A DNA stretch of 64,000 nt from an uncultured Desulfobacterales bacterium (GTDB lineage: Bacteria; Desulfobacterota; DSM-4660; Desulfatiglandales; HGW-15). The position numbers and the translations under genes were made by a program. The stretch covers positions 20,585 to 84,584 of the forward strand of contig CAYVDE010000003.1 of the NCBI GenBank assembly GCA_964450535.1, in the 5' to 3' direction. The notes below the pieces were generated by a model. That model did not search any database and was not told where the DNA came from. It saw only the letters and a program-made list of their open reading frames with translations. This document shows, one piece after another, positions 1 through 9,563 of the stretch. Position 1 is the stretch's first letter; each line of letters opens with the position of its first letter.

Positions 1-452
1 GGGGCGGACTGCAAATCGCACTTGGGGCGGATATCCGGTTCGCAGCCCCTGATACTCAGTTTTCCATTATGGAAATCAAATGGGGCATTATTCCTGACAT
101 GTCGATCACCCAGACTATTCGTGACCTGGTGCGCCTGGATGCAGCCAAGGAGCTTATGTTTACAGGCAGGGTTATCGACGCTCAGGAGGCGGGCAGGCTT
201 GGTCTGGTCACCCGGGTGTGTAAAGATCCCCTGTCAGAGGCCCGAAGAGTGGCCGGTGAGATCGCCTGCAAATCGCCGGACGCCATTGCAGCCGGCAAAC
301 AGTTGTTTGAGTCCGCCTGGCACAGCAGCCCCGAGGAGGGGCTGAAACTTGAAGAGGCCTTGCAAAGAACGCTGATAGGCACTCCAAATCAGGTCGAAGC
401 CGTTAAAGCCAATTTTGAGAATCGTGAGCCGGAGTATAGAGATCGTTCGTAA
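1..452 (+). CDS. enoyl-CoA hydratase/isomerase (crotonase) family protein, 5'-truncated by window edge
   Basis: Reading frame open from base 3. Translation GGLQIALGADIRFAAPDTQFSIMEIKWGIIPDMS... resembles the crotonase active-site region. Stop at 450-452. Confidence 0.8.
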   Translation, partial: GGLQIALGADIRFAAPDTQFSIMEIKWGIIPDMSITQTIRDLVRLDAAKELMFTGRVIDAQEAGRLGLVTRVCKDPLSEARRVAGEIACKSPDAIAAGKQLFESAWHSSPEEGLKLEEALQRTLIGTPNQVEAVKANFENREPEYRDRS

Positions 453-477
453 CAATACACAGGAGAAAGGATCGAGA

Positions 478-1140
478 ATGGACTTGAAAGAGGTTCTGCA
501 CAACAGGAGGAGTATTCGTGCTTTTTTACCTGATCCTGTTCCAAGGGATCTAATAGCCAAGGTGATGGACCTGGCCCGGTGGTCGCCTTCATGGGGCAAT
601 ACTCAGCCCTGGGAGGTTGTAGTGGCGGACGGTGAAAAAGCAATGCGCCTGGCTGACGCGTTTGAAGCGGAAGCGAAAAAAGGAGAGAAACCCCGGCCCG
701 ACATCACCATGCCTGGAGACTTCCCTTCCCCGCATAAGGACCGGTATGTGGGGTTGGGAAGGGATCTGTTTTCCAGCATGGGTATCGAGCGGGGAGATAA
801 AGAGGCCCGATCCCGGCACTACATAAATATGTACCGGTTTTTTGGTGCCCCTGCCTGTGTCTATTTCACCGTCGACGGGGCCTTGAATGAGCCTTACGCC
901 TGTCTGGATATCGGCTCCATCGGCACGACCATGTGTTACGCGGCATATCAGGAAGGGCTCGGAACCATATACCTGGCGGCTTCCTCGCATTTTCCGGACA
1001 TAATCAAAAAGACCCTGGATATCCCTGAAACAAAGAAAGTCGCAATCGGAATCGCCGTTGGATACCCTCACCCCTCTGCGCCGGCAAGCCTGTTCCGGAG
1101 CGAGCGTCTATCCGTGGAAGACATTCTTCGCTTTGCTTAG
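478..1140 (+). CDS. nitroreductase family protein
   Basis: Start reset to ATG 478, preceded by purine-rich AGGAGAAAGGA. N-terminus MDLKEVLHNRRSIRAF and SPSWGNTQPW are typical nitroreductase motifs. Confidence 0.85.
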   Translation: MDLKEVLHNRRSIRAFLPDPVPRDLIAKVMDLARWSPSWGNTQPWEVVVADGEKAMRLADAFEAEAKKGEKPRPDITMPGDFPSPHKDRYVGLGRDLFSSMGIERGDKEARSRHYINMYRFFGAPACVYFTVDGALNEPYACLDIGSIGTTMCYAAYQEGLGTIYLAASSHFPDIIKKTLDIPETKKVAIGIAVGYPHPSAPASLFRSERLSVEDILRFA

Positions 1141-1163
1141 GATTCAGGTATTCTTCTACCCCC

Positions 1164-1237
1164 TCTTCGTGCACTTCGTGATCTTCGTGGTATACAGATA
1201 ATCTGTTTCACCACGAAGTACACGAAGAACACGAAGG
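1164..1237. terminator. long hairpin between convergent genes, built from 3x CTTCGTG and 3x CACGAAG heptads; probable bidirectional terminator or REP-like element
   Basis: CTTCGTGcaCTTCGTGatCTTCGTGG - tatACAGATaATCTGTttca - CCACGAAGtaCACGAAGaaCACGAAGG. Heptads pair and the 2-nt spacers do not. It lies 24 nt after the nitroreductase stop and 3 nt after the prfC stop. Confidence 0.5.
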
Positions 1238-1239
1238 TT

Positions 1240-2844
1240 TTATTGATTACATTCGCGGGTCTTGACAAACTGAATGCCCGGCCAGTCTTTTGCCAGGTAT
1301 TTAAGGTGCCATTCACTGTGGGCCAGATAAGTCAGGCTCCCCTCGGCGTCCAGTGCCAGGTTGGCCTGACAGGCCTTCTCAAAAGCGGCAAGCCTGTTCC
1401 TGTCGTCACAGCTTACCCAGCGGGCGGTGGCGTATTCAACCGGCTCATAGACGGCATCAACGCCATACTCGCTTTTGAGCCGTGCCATGGTCACGTCGAA
1501 CTGAAGTACGCCTACCGCCCCCAGAATCAACGCGTTTTCTGTAAGAGGGCGGAATAACTGCACCGCGCCTTCCTCGATCAGCTGGGTCACCCCCTTTTGG
1601 AGCTGTTTCGCCTTTAAGGGTGATTTCAACCGCACTCGCCTGAAATGCTCCGGGGCGAAATTGGGGACGCCGGTGAATGTCAACGGCTCCTTCTCAGAGA
1701 AAGTATCACCGATCCTGATTGTGCCGTGATTGTGGATTCCAATTATATCGCCGGGCCATGCCTCCTCTGCACGAGTCCGGTCCCTGGCCATGAACATGAT
1801 GGGATTGGCAAGTTGAATTTTTTTGCCCAGGCGGTGGTGGCGTACCCGCATGCCTTGACGGAAACGGCCCGAGCAGATGCGCAAAAAGGCGACTCGATCG
1901 CGGTGGGCCGGGTCCATGTTTGCCTGAACTTTAAACACAAAACCGGAAAATGCTTCCTCATCAGGGTGAACCAATCTGGAAGTCGTTGAGCGCGGCAAAG
2001 GGGGCGGGGCGATTTCCACGAAGGCGTCGAGCAGTTCGCGCACTCCGAAGTTGTTGATCGCACTGCCGAAGAAAACCGGAGTCTGGCTCCCGGCGAGGAA
2101 TTCCCGGATGTCAAAAGGGTTCGCCGCCCCCTCGATGAGAGCTATGTCTTCCCGCAACTTGCCGGCCTGACTGCCCAGGGCCTTGTCGAGCAAAGGGTCA
2201 GCCAGATCCCTTATAGTCAAAGCATCGCCGGGCAGCGTCTCCTGACCGGGCGTGAAAAGAATCAGCTCTTTACGGTGGAGATTGTAGGTTCCTCTGAAAG
2301 CCTTTCCCATGCCGATGGGCCAGGATAGAGGAGCGCACTCGATCTGCAGGGTCTCCTCGATATCCCCCAGAATGTCCAGCGGGGGCAGGCCCTCGCGGTC
2401 GAGTTTGTTGATGAAGGTCACGATCGGGGTGTTGCGCATCCGGCAGACCTCCATCAGCTTGCGGGTCTGGGTTTCGACCCCCTTGACGCTGTCGATCACC
2501 ATGACCGCACTGTCTACGGCGGTCAATACCCGGTAGGTATCCTCGGAGAAATCCTGATGGCCGGGTGTGTCCAGCAGGTTGATTGCGTAATCGCGATAGT
2601 TGAACTGCATTACCGAACTGCTGACCGATATGCCCCGCTCCTGCTCAATTGCCATCCAGTCGCTTGTGGCGTGCCGGTTGGCCTTGCGGGCCTTGACCGA
2701 GCCGGCCAGGTGTATAGCGCCGCCGAAAAGCAGCAGTTTCTCGGTGAGCGTAGTTTTGCCTGCGTCTGGATGGCTGATGATGCCGAAGGTTCGGCGCCGG
2801 TTGATTTCCCGGTGTCGTCGTGGTCTGCTTAACTGCGTTTCCAT
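1240..2844 (-). CDS. prfC: peptide chain release factor 3 (translational GTPase)
   Basis: 534 aa. [22 protein letters not shown] (G1), DTPGHQDF (G3), NKLDR (G4). Full-length RF3-like architecture. Confidence 0.95.
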   Translation of the reverse strand: METQLSRPRRHREINRRRTFGIISHPDAGKTTLTEKLLLFGGAIHLAGSVKARKANRHATSDWMAIEQERGISVSSSVMQFNYRDYAINLLDTPGHQDFSEDTYRVLTAVDSAVMVIDSVKGVETQTRKLMEVCRMRNTPIVTFINKLDREGLPPLDILGDIEETLQIECAPLSWPIGMGKAFRGTYNLHRKELILFTPGQETLPGDALTIRDLADPLLDKALGSQAGKLREDIALIEGAANPFDIREFLAGSQTPVFFGSAINNFGVRELLDAFVEIAPPPLPRSTTSRLVHPDEEAFSGFVFKVQANMDPAHRDRVAFLRICSGRFRQGMRVRHHRLGKKIQLANPIMFMARDRTRAEEAWPGDIIGIHNHGTIRIGDTFSEKEPLTFTGVPNFAPEHFRRVRLKSPLKAKQLQKGVTQLIEEGAVQLFRPLTENALILGAVGVLQFDVTMARLKSEYGVDAVYEPVEYATARWVSCDDRNRLAAFEKACQANLALDAEGSLTYLAHSEWHLKYLAKDWPGIQFVKTRECNQ

Positions 2845-3344
2845 AGATTGCGTCCGTATCTAGTTGTTCGTCGCTCCTGCAAAAGGTGTGTTAAGACGCC
2901 TTGCATTATGGCGCAACGGTTATGTCCTGACGGCGAGTGAAGTATGTCTTTTGGAAGGGCTGCTGTAACCTGGCTGTATAGTTGAAAAAAGCTCGTATCA
3001 GGGAGGCGTGGGCGAGGGAGACGCCTTAAAGGGGGTCCTTTTGAAAGGGTGCAAAAGCCGACACGATACGGCCATTGGCCGGAATAGGCGTGAGAGTGCG
3101 TCTGGTTTTTTCATGGGAGTATGAATATACACGTACCGAGCGTTTGTCAATGGCAAGCACAAAATGAGGGCCGGAAATACAAAACCAGTATGGCTGCACG
3201 ATATTCGGACAGGGACACTATGCAATGAAGCTTGTGTTGAATATCCCGGGAGGTTGTGTCAGTGTCGTTGTGAGTGCCGGCACGCAAGTCCCATCGGGTG
3301 GGATATGATTTCAGTAAACCTTATTTGTTGAGAACGAAAATCCA

Positions 3345-4214
3345 ATGTGGCCGGGAGCAAGAAAAGAGGAGCTGGTCCGCATTGCAGGAGAGGGCGGGCC
3401 TGTTCTGGTATATGACGGCGAAACCCTGAACGATATCGTGTTCGACCTGCTCTGCCTGGATTGCGTGGACAGGATGCTCTTTGACCTGGGCCTGAGCTCC
3501 TGCCCGGAACTTCTGGAGGCGCTGGGCAGGTTGGGCGCGGGTTTCCAGTGCCGCTCCCCTGAGGATGCGGCGGCGGTTCGCGGAATTTACCGCGGTGATG
3601 AGGGATTGGCTGTTTACCTCATACAGGATTATGCTCAGGCAGGCGGAAAAGCGAGCGCTCATTACGGCATGATACCGGCCATCCCTCTCTCCGGGATTAC
3701 GGGGGGTGATTCAGAAGGCCTTCGGGAGCGAGACGTGCTTTTAGTACTACACCGCCCTGTCTCCAGCGGAAAAGACCCCGGTGTCGCTTCTTGCCTTCGG
3801 GAGCTGGATCGCTTGCATGCCCGGGTAAGGGGCCTGTACCTGTCTTGGGAGCGGGGACCTGAATTCTATGAGACAAAACAGGACCTACTGGACTGGCAAA
3901 CCATAGCAGGGCGGGATGGAATACTGGTTCCGGCACGGGGCATGGGAATTGTCCTCGAAAGAGAGACCGGCGTTTTGGACTTGGATTCTACGGCGAGAAA
4001 CCTCGAGGAATTGAAGTCTATCTTTCCGGATGGGGCGGTCTGGGTGGAGCCGGGGGCTGAGTTCTTGTCTTTGGCCACGGCGCTGGTGGTGCCCGCAGAC
4101 GGTCAGGCGCGTGTCTTGGGTCCGGGCAACCTGCTGCTCGATGACTTTGAAGAGGATTCTCTAAAAAAGGAGCATTACCTCAGAGCCCGGAGGATCTGCC
4201 AGGTCCCTCTTTGA
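3345..4214 (+). CDS. hypothetical protein with weak resemblance to the N-terminal barrel of Orn/DAP/Arg (fold-type III PLP) decarboxylases, apparently lacking the PLP lysine
   Basis: GPVLVYDGETLNDIVFDL resembles the TP-x-YVYD-x-x-L start of LysA/SpeC-type enzymes, and LGAGFQCRSPEDAAAV resembles G-x-G-F-D-x-x-S-x-G-E-L. The expected (Y/F)AVKAN position reads LFDLGLSS. Only 289 aa. No obvious RBS. Confidence 0.45.
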   Translation: MWPGARKEELVRIAGEGGPVLVYDGETLNDIVFDLLCLDCVDRMLFDLGLSSCPELLEALGRLGAGFQCRSPEDAAAVRGIYRGDEGLAVYLIQDYAQAGGKASAHYGMIPAIPLSGITGGDSEGLRERDVLLVLHRPVSSGKDPGVASCLRELDRLHARVRGLYLSWERGPEFYETKQDLLDWQTIAGRDGILVPARGMGIVLERETGVLDLDSTARNLEELKSIFPDGAVWVEPGAEFLSLATALVVPADGQARVLGPGNLLLDDFEEDSLKKEHYLRARRICQVPL

Positions 4215-4231
4215 AAGGACGACGGAAATTA

Positions 4232-6415
4232 ATGAACAAAAGTCACTTACAACGCGTTGCAAATGAGCTCGGCTTGACTTCCGGGCATGTGAAGGCCGTG
4301 GCCCGGCTGCTTCAGGATGGGGCCACGGTGCCCTTTATATCCCGCTACCGTAAAGAGGCTACAGGCTCCATGGACGAGGTCCAGGTGACGGCTGTTCGGG
4401 ATCTTTTGGCCCGGCTCGAGGAACTGGATAAGCGCAGGGAGGCGGTCGTAAAAAGCCTCACCGAGCGGGGACTCCTCACAGACGATCTCAAGGCGGGTAT
4501 TCAAGCGGCCGAGACCCTGGCTGTACTTGAAGACATGTACCTCCCGTTCCGACCCAAGCGCCGGACCCGCGATACCGTTGCCAGGGAAAAAGGACTGGAG
4601 CCTCTGGCCGCGCTCCTTTTCGAGCAGGACCCTTCCACCTCCCCGGAGAAACAGGCAGCGGCCTTCGTGGACCCTGAAAAGGGCGTAGAAGGGATAGAAG
4701 ACGCCCTGGCCGGAGCCCGGGACATCATGGCCGGGTGGGTGAACGAGAGCCGGGCAGCCCGTGAAAGGATGCGGAAACTTTTTAAAGAAGAGGGTGTGTT
4801 CAGGGTGAAGGTGGTGCCGGGCATGGAGGAAGAGGGCGCCAAGTACCGCGACTACTTCGATCTCGAAGAGCCTGTGAGCAATGCCCCTTCCCACCGGGTA
4901 CTGGCCATGCGCAGAGGCGCACGGGAGGGAATCCTGGATCTTCGGGTGTCCCCGCCGGAGGACAAGGCCGTGGCGATCCTCGAGGCGCTGTTTGTCAAGG
5001 GGGAGGGTCCTGCTTCGGAGCAGGTCAGGGACGCCGTGCATGACAGCTGCCGAAGGCTCCTCTGCCACGCCATGGAAACAGAGATTCGAGTGGAGACAAA
5101 AAAGCTGGCGGACGAAGACGCTATAAGGGTCTTTGCCGGGAACCTCAGGGAGCTTCTCCTCTCACCGCCACTGGGGCAAAAGCGGGTCATGGCCGTGGAC
5201 CCCGGCATCCGGACCGGGTGCAAGGCCGTATGCCTGGACCGCCAGGGGGGACTGCTGGCCACGGAGACTGTATTTCTTGCGGGATCAGGCGCTGCCAAGG
5301 ACAGGGCCGGGGATACACTTCGCCGCCTCTGCCGGGAGCATCGGGTGGAGGCCGTCGCCGTGGGTAACGGGACCGGCGGCCGGGAGACCGAGGCCTTTAT
5401 TCGAGGGCTGGACCTGCCAGGAGAGATCCCCGTGATCCTGGTTAACGAGAGCGGGGCGTCCATCTACTCTGCCTCGGACGTTGCCCGCAAGGAGTTCCCC
5501 GACCTGGACCTGACCTACAGGGGGGCGGTGTCCATCGGCAGGCGGCTCATGGACCCGTTGGCCGAGCTTGTCAAGATCGACCCCAAATCCATCGGGGTGG
5601 GACAGTACCAGCATGACGTGAATCAGACGGCCCTCAAGCGAAGCCTGGACGACGTAGTGGTGAGCTGTGTAAACGCCGTAGGCGTGGAGGTGAATACGGC
5701 CAGCGAGGAGCTCCTGAGCTACGTGTCCGGGCTGGGTCCACAGCTCGCCTCAAACATCCTGTCTTACCGCGGAGAGAAAGGACCGTTCCGCTCGCGTGAA
5801 CAACTCAAGGATGTGAGCCGTCTCGGCCCCAAGGCGTTCGAGCAGGCGGCCGGATTCCTGCGCATCCGGGACGCGGAAAACCCCCTGGACGGAAGCGCGG
5901 TCCACCCGGAATCCTACGGCGTTGTGGAGGCCATGGCCCGGGACCTTGACTGTTCTGTCCGGGACCTAATGGAACTGGAAGACCTTCGAAGAAAGATCAG
6001 ACTCACCGACTACGTAACAGAGACCCTCGGGCTTCCTACACTGAACGACATCATGGAGGAGCTGTCCAAGCCTGGCAGGGATCCCCGGGAGCGCTTGGAA
6101 CCCATATCCTTTGCAGAGGGGATACAAACGATCGGGGACCTGACGCCGGGAATGAAGATTCCCGGTGTGGTGACCAACGTGACAGCCTTCGGCGCTTTTG
6201 TGGACGTGGGCGTTCATCAGGACGGGCTGGTACACGTGAGCCAGATGGCGGACAGGTTCATAAAGGACCCTTCGGAGGTGGTTCGCTTGAACCAGCGGGT
6301 CACGGTAAGGGTCCTGGAGGTCGATCTGGCCCGGAAACGGATATCGCTCTCCATGCGCTCCCAGGGGGAAAGGCGGAAGCCCGGGGAATCCTCTCACAGA
6401 CACCTCTCGCAGTAA
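4232..6415 (+). CDS. tex: Tex/YhgF transcription accessory protein (S1 RNA-binding domain)
   Basis: Start reset to ATG 4232 (the track start is TTG 4211). VPFISRYRKEATG motif, YqgF/RuvC-like and HhH regions, C-terminal S1 domain (GMKIPGVVTNVTAFGAFVDVG). Confidence 0.9.
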   Translation: MNKSHLQRVANELGLTSGHVKAVARLLQDGATVPFISRYRKEATGSMDEVQVTAVRDLLARLEELDKRREAVVKSLTERGLLTDDLKAGIQAAETLAVLEDMYLPFRPKRRTRDTVAREKGLEPLAALLFEQDPSTSPEKQAAAFVDPEKGVEGIEDALAGARDIMAGWVNESRAARERMRKLFKEEGVFRVKVVPGMEEEGAKYRDYFDLEEPVSNAPSHRVLAMRRGAREGILDLRVSPPEDKAVAILEALFVKGEGPASEQVRDAVHDSCRRLLCHAMETEIRVETKKLADEDAIRVFAGNLRELLLSPPLGQKRVMAVDPGIRTGCKAVCLDRQGGLLATETVFLAGSGAAKDRAGDTLRRLCREHRVEAVAVGNGTGGRETEAFIRGLDLPGEIPVILVNESGASIYSASDVARKEFPDLDLTYRGAVSIGRRLMDPLAELVKIDPKSIGVGQYQHDVNQTALKRSLDDVVVSCVNAVGVEVNTASEELLSYVSGLGPQLASNILSYRGEKGPFRSREQLKDVSRLGPKAFEQAAGFLRIRDAENPLDGSAVHPESYGVVEAMARDLDCSVRDLMELEDLRRKIRLTDYVTETLGLPTLNDIMEELSKPGRDPRERLEPISFAEGIQTIGDLTPGMKIPGVVTNVTAFGAFVDVGVHQDGLVHVSQMADRFIKDPSEVVRLNQRVTVRVLEVDLARKRISLSMRSQGERRKPGESSHRHLSQ

Positions 6416-6440
6416 CGTTCCCCGCGGATAGGTCCCTTGG

Positions 6441-8726
6441 TCATGGTTGTTCCTGACTGGGTGCGTCCTGCCCATGGGTCATTGACGCCCTGACCGTATT
6501 CAGCGCCGAGCCTGCAAGCAGCCACCCGATCTGCTCCCGGGTCAGGGTGTGCCGTAGGGAAAGAGAGAGGTTCTTGCCGTTGGATCGCCGGATCTTTGCA
6601 ATGACCGGCTCTCCCGGCACCAGATCCGATAACGGTGGAAAACTGAGCCTGTCCTGTTCCTGGATCAGCTCATAATCAGCCGGGTCCTGGAACGTGAGCG
6701 GGAGGATACCTTGCTTTTTCAGGTTGGCCTCGTGAATGCGGGCGAAAGAGCGGGCCGCCACCACCAGCACCCCCAGGAACCTCGGGCTCATGGCCGCATG
6801 TTCCCGGCTCGAACCCTCCCCGTAGTTCTCATCTCCCACGATCACCGAGCCGCCGGTCCGGTCCCGGTAGGTCGCGGCCAGTTCATGAAAAGGCAACCCC
6901 GCCTCGCCGGTAAGCACATTGGTGCCCAGCCCGGTCTCTCCGGTGAAGGCGTTCACGGCCCCATTGAGAAGGTTTTTGGAGATGTTTGTAAGGTGCCCCC
7001 TGTATCTGAGCCAGGCACCGCCTGGAGAGATATGGTCCGTGGTGGTCTTGCCTCTGGTCTTGACAAGGATAGGCAGGTCTTCGTAAGGACGCCCGTCCCA
7101 GGCCGGAAAGGGCTTCAGGAACTCGAGCCGTTCCGAGCCCGGGGGAATCCGGATCTCGATGTCGTTTCCGTCTTCCGGAGGAGGGACAAAGGCCTTCCTG
7201 TCTTGGACCAGGCCGTTAGGTGGGAGGGAAGGGGGGCTCGGAGGATCGAGCAGGAAGCTTTCACCTTCCGTGCCTTTCAGGGTGTCGGTTCCGGGGTTGA
7301 AGCCGGGATCTCCGCTGAGGGCAAGAGCTGCCGCCAGGGCCGGGGAGGTCAGAAAGGCACGGGTCTCGGGATTATCGTCGTTTCGCCCCCGGAAGTTGCG
7401 GTTGAAGGTTGTGAACAGGCAGTTAGGTACACCCTTGGGGACATCCTGCCGGTCCCACTGGCCTATGCAGGGCCCGCAGGAGGCCGTGAGTACTGTCGCC
7501 CCCGCTTCCAGCAGCACCTGGAGGATCCCGTCCCGGCGAATAGTCTCGTGCACCTGGCGCGAACCCGGCGAGAGCAGAAAGGGCGCCTTGGCCCGAAGGC
7601 CGTGGGCGGCGCCCTGCTCAAGTACCTGCGCCGCAGCGCAAAGGTCTTCATAGGAGCTGTTCGTGCAGGATCCCAGGAGCACGGCCGAGACCGTTGCGGG
7701 CCAACCCTCTGACTTGACGGCTTTCCGAAAATTACGTGTGCTTGTCACCCGGTCCGGGCTGAAAGGTCCGGCATGGGCCGGTTTCACGTCCGAAAGATTC
7801 AGTTCGAGGATCTCGTCGAACACGAGTCGAGGGTCCTCATGGCATGCGGGGTCCTGGGTGAGCAGTTCTTCCAGGGCCTGCACCCTGTCCGCGTCACCGG
7901 CCCGGCCCGCGTTACGCATGTAGGCGTCCATGGCTTCATCGTAGACAAAGAGTGAGGATGTGGCACCGAGTTCGGCGCCCATGTTGGTGATGGTCGCCTT
8001 CTGGGTTGCGGAGAGACTCCGCGCCCCATCGCCGAAGTACTCGAAGATTTTGCCTGTGCCTCCCTTTACCGTGAGACGGCGGAGTATTTCCAGGATCACG
8101 TCCTTGGCCGAGGCCCAACCGGTGAGTCGCCCGTTGAGACGGACGCCCACGATGAGAGGCATGGTGGTCTCCCAAGGCAGCCCGGCCATGACCTCGGCCG
8201 CATCCGCTCCACCCGCTCCGATGGACAGCATGCCCAGCCCGCCTGCGTTGGGGGTGTGGGAGTCCGTGCCGATCATGAGTCGCCCGGGCAGGGCGTAGTT
8301 TTCGAGCAGGACCTGATGAATGATACCGGAACCCGGCCCCCAGAACCCGATTCCGAATCGGGCCGCGGCGCTGGACAGGAACTCGTACACCTCCCGGTTT
8401 TCGGCGAGGGCGGCCTTGAGATCCTCCTCTTCTCCCCTTGCAGCACGAAGGAGATGGTCGCAATGTATGGTGGCCGGTACAGAGGTCTTGTCACGTTTGG
8501 TTGAAAAAAACTGCAGAACGGCCATCTGGGCCGTGGCATCCTGCATGGCCACACGGTCTGGATAGAGCCGGATCGGGTGGCGCCCCCGGATGGGGATTCC
8601 AGAGTTTTCAGCATCGGCCTGGTGAGTGAAAAGGATCTTTTCCGCATAGGAAAGGCCCCGGCCCAGTTGCTTTCGTTTTCCGGCCAGGACGAGTTTTACG
8701 CGCTCTCGAGTGAATGACACGGTCAT
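6441..8726 (-). CDS. aconitate hydratase (about 760-aa mitochondrial-type aconitase family)
   Basis: 761 aa. PDRVAMQDATAQM, IHCDHL, GTDSHTPNAGG and SCGPCIGQW cluster-ligand motifs; swivel domain with NYGEGSSREHAA. Confidence 0.9.
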   Translation of the reverse strand: MTVSFTRERVKLVLAGKRKQLGRGLSYAEKILFTHQADAENSGIPIRGRHPIRLYPDRVAMQDATAQMAVLQFFSTKRDKTSVPATIHCDHLLRAARGEEEDLKAALAENREVYEFLSSAAARFGIGFWGPGSGIIHQVLLENYALPGRLMIGTDSHTPNAGGLGMLSIGAGGADAAEVMAGLPWETTMPLIVGVRLNGRLTGWASAKDVILEILRRLTVKGGTGKIFEYFGDGARSLSATQKATITNMGAELGATSSLFVYDEAMDAYMRNAGRAGDADRVQALEELLTQDPACHEDPRLVFDEILELNLSDVKPAHAGPFSPDRVTSTRNFRKAVKSEGWPATVSAVLLGSCTNSSYEDLCAAAQVLEQGAAHGLRAKAPFLLSPGSRQVHETIRRDGILQVLLEAGATVLTASCGPCIGQWDRQDVPKGVPNCLFTTFNRNFRGRNDDNPETRAFLTSPALAAALALSGDPGFNPGTDTLKGTEGESFLLDPPSPPSLPPNGLVQDRKAFVPPPEDGNDIEIRIPPGSERLEFLKPFPAWDGRPYEDLPILVKTRGKTTTDHISPGGAWLRYRGHLTNISKNLLNGAVNAFTGETGLGTNVLTGEAGLPFHELAATYRDRTGGSVIVGDENYGEGSSREHAAMSPRFLGVLVVAARSFARIHEANLKKQGILPLTFQDPADYELIQEQDRLSFPPLSDLVPGEPVIAKIRRSNGKNLSLSLRHTLTREQIGWLLAGSALNTVRASMTHGQDAPSQEQP

Positions 8727-8794
8727 GTATAGGGCTCTTTGGTTTTAATGTTTAACAGGCAATCCTTTAAGGGAGCAGACGTTTCCGGTCAGGA

Positions 8795-9121
8795 TCAGAA
8801 CGGGAAGAGGTCGTAGATCCTCTGGGCAAGCATGAGGTCGCCTTTTACCTTGAGCTTTCCCGTCATAAAGGCCTGGACCGCGTTGAGCTTGCGGTTTACA
8901 AGGGCGAGCCAGTTTTCCGCGGACATGGTAATGGTCACCCTGGGATTGTCATGGGTCCCCTGTTCAACGGAACAGGAGCCGTCTTGTACCGTGACATTCC
9001 AGGCACCTCCGTCGTCACCGCTGATATCGAACTGAAAGACCGCTTCCAGCCCCTTTGCCGAATTGGGATTGAACACCTCGGGCATTCTGGAAAACACATC
9101 GTGGGTATTGGTAAAAGCCAT
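8795..9121 (-). CDS. SCP2 sterol-binding domain protein
   Basis: Start reset to MAFTNTHDVF. C-terminal FMTGKLKVKGDLMLAQRI is the SCP2 signature. Confidence 0.75.
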   Translation of the reverse strand: MAFTNTHDVFSRMPEVFNPNSAKGLEAVFQFDISGDDGGAWNVTVQDGSCSVEQGTHDNPRVTITMSAENWLALVNRKLNAVQAFMTGKLKVKGDLMLAQRIYDLFPF

Positions 9122-9563
9122 AGCGCCGAAATCTCCTTTCGTGTGTTGGATAGACCCGTTGCGGGTCACGGGTTTCTGTCTACTCCAGGTTTGGTGACGG
9201 AATCAATGGAAAAGGTTTATGCTTGAATGAGAGCACCGCCCCTGCTAAGAAGGAGACAATCACGTTTGATCGTGAAAATCAACTGCGTGGTGTGGATTCC
9301 AGGAGGGATGCTTCCCCTGCCCTGAATTCCGAGAGGACGGTTCATGTTCATACAACAGCCGTTTCATTGACGTAGTTCAACTGGAAGAGGCCGCCTGCGA
9401 TCGGGCGGCCGCTGATGACACGGCCCTTCTGGAACTGGGTATGGCTTATCTCAAAAAAGTCCTTTATGCCCATCCCGCGGGGTGATTCTTTGTCCGGGTT
9501 CGGCCCGCACCGTCGACGGGATGGGACGAACAGGCGGAAGATATTTATCGAAAGGAGCGCTTA

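Noticed and set aside
2998-3225. 75-aa minus-strand ORF, plus a 27-codon plus-strand mini-ORF (3225-3308), in the 480-nt prfC upstream region
   Set aside because: No RBS, no motif, and atypical composition. The region is more likely promoter or UTR. I also looked for 6S, SRP, RNase P and tmRNA signatures here and saw none.
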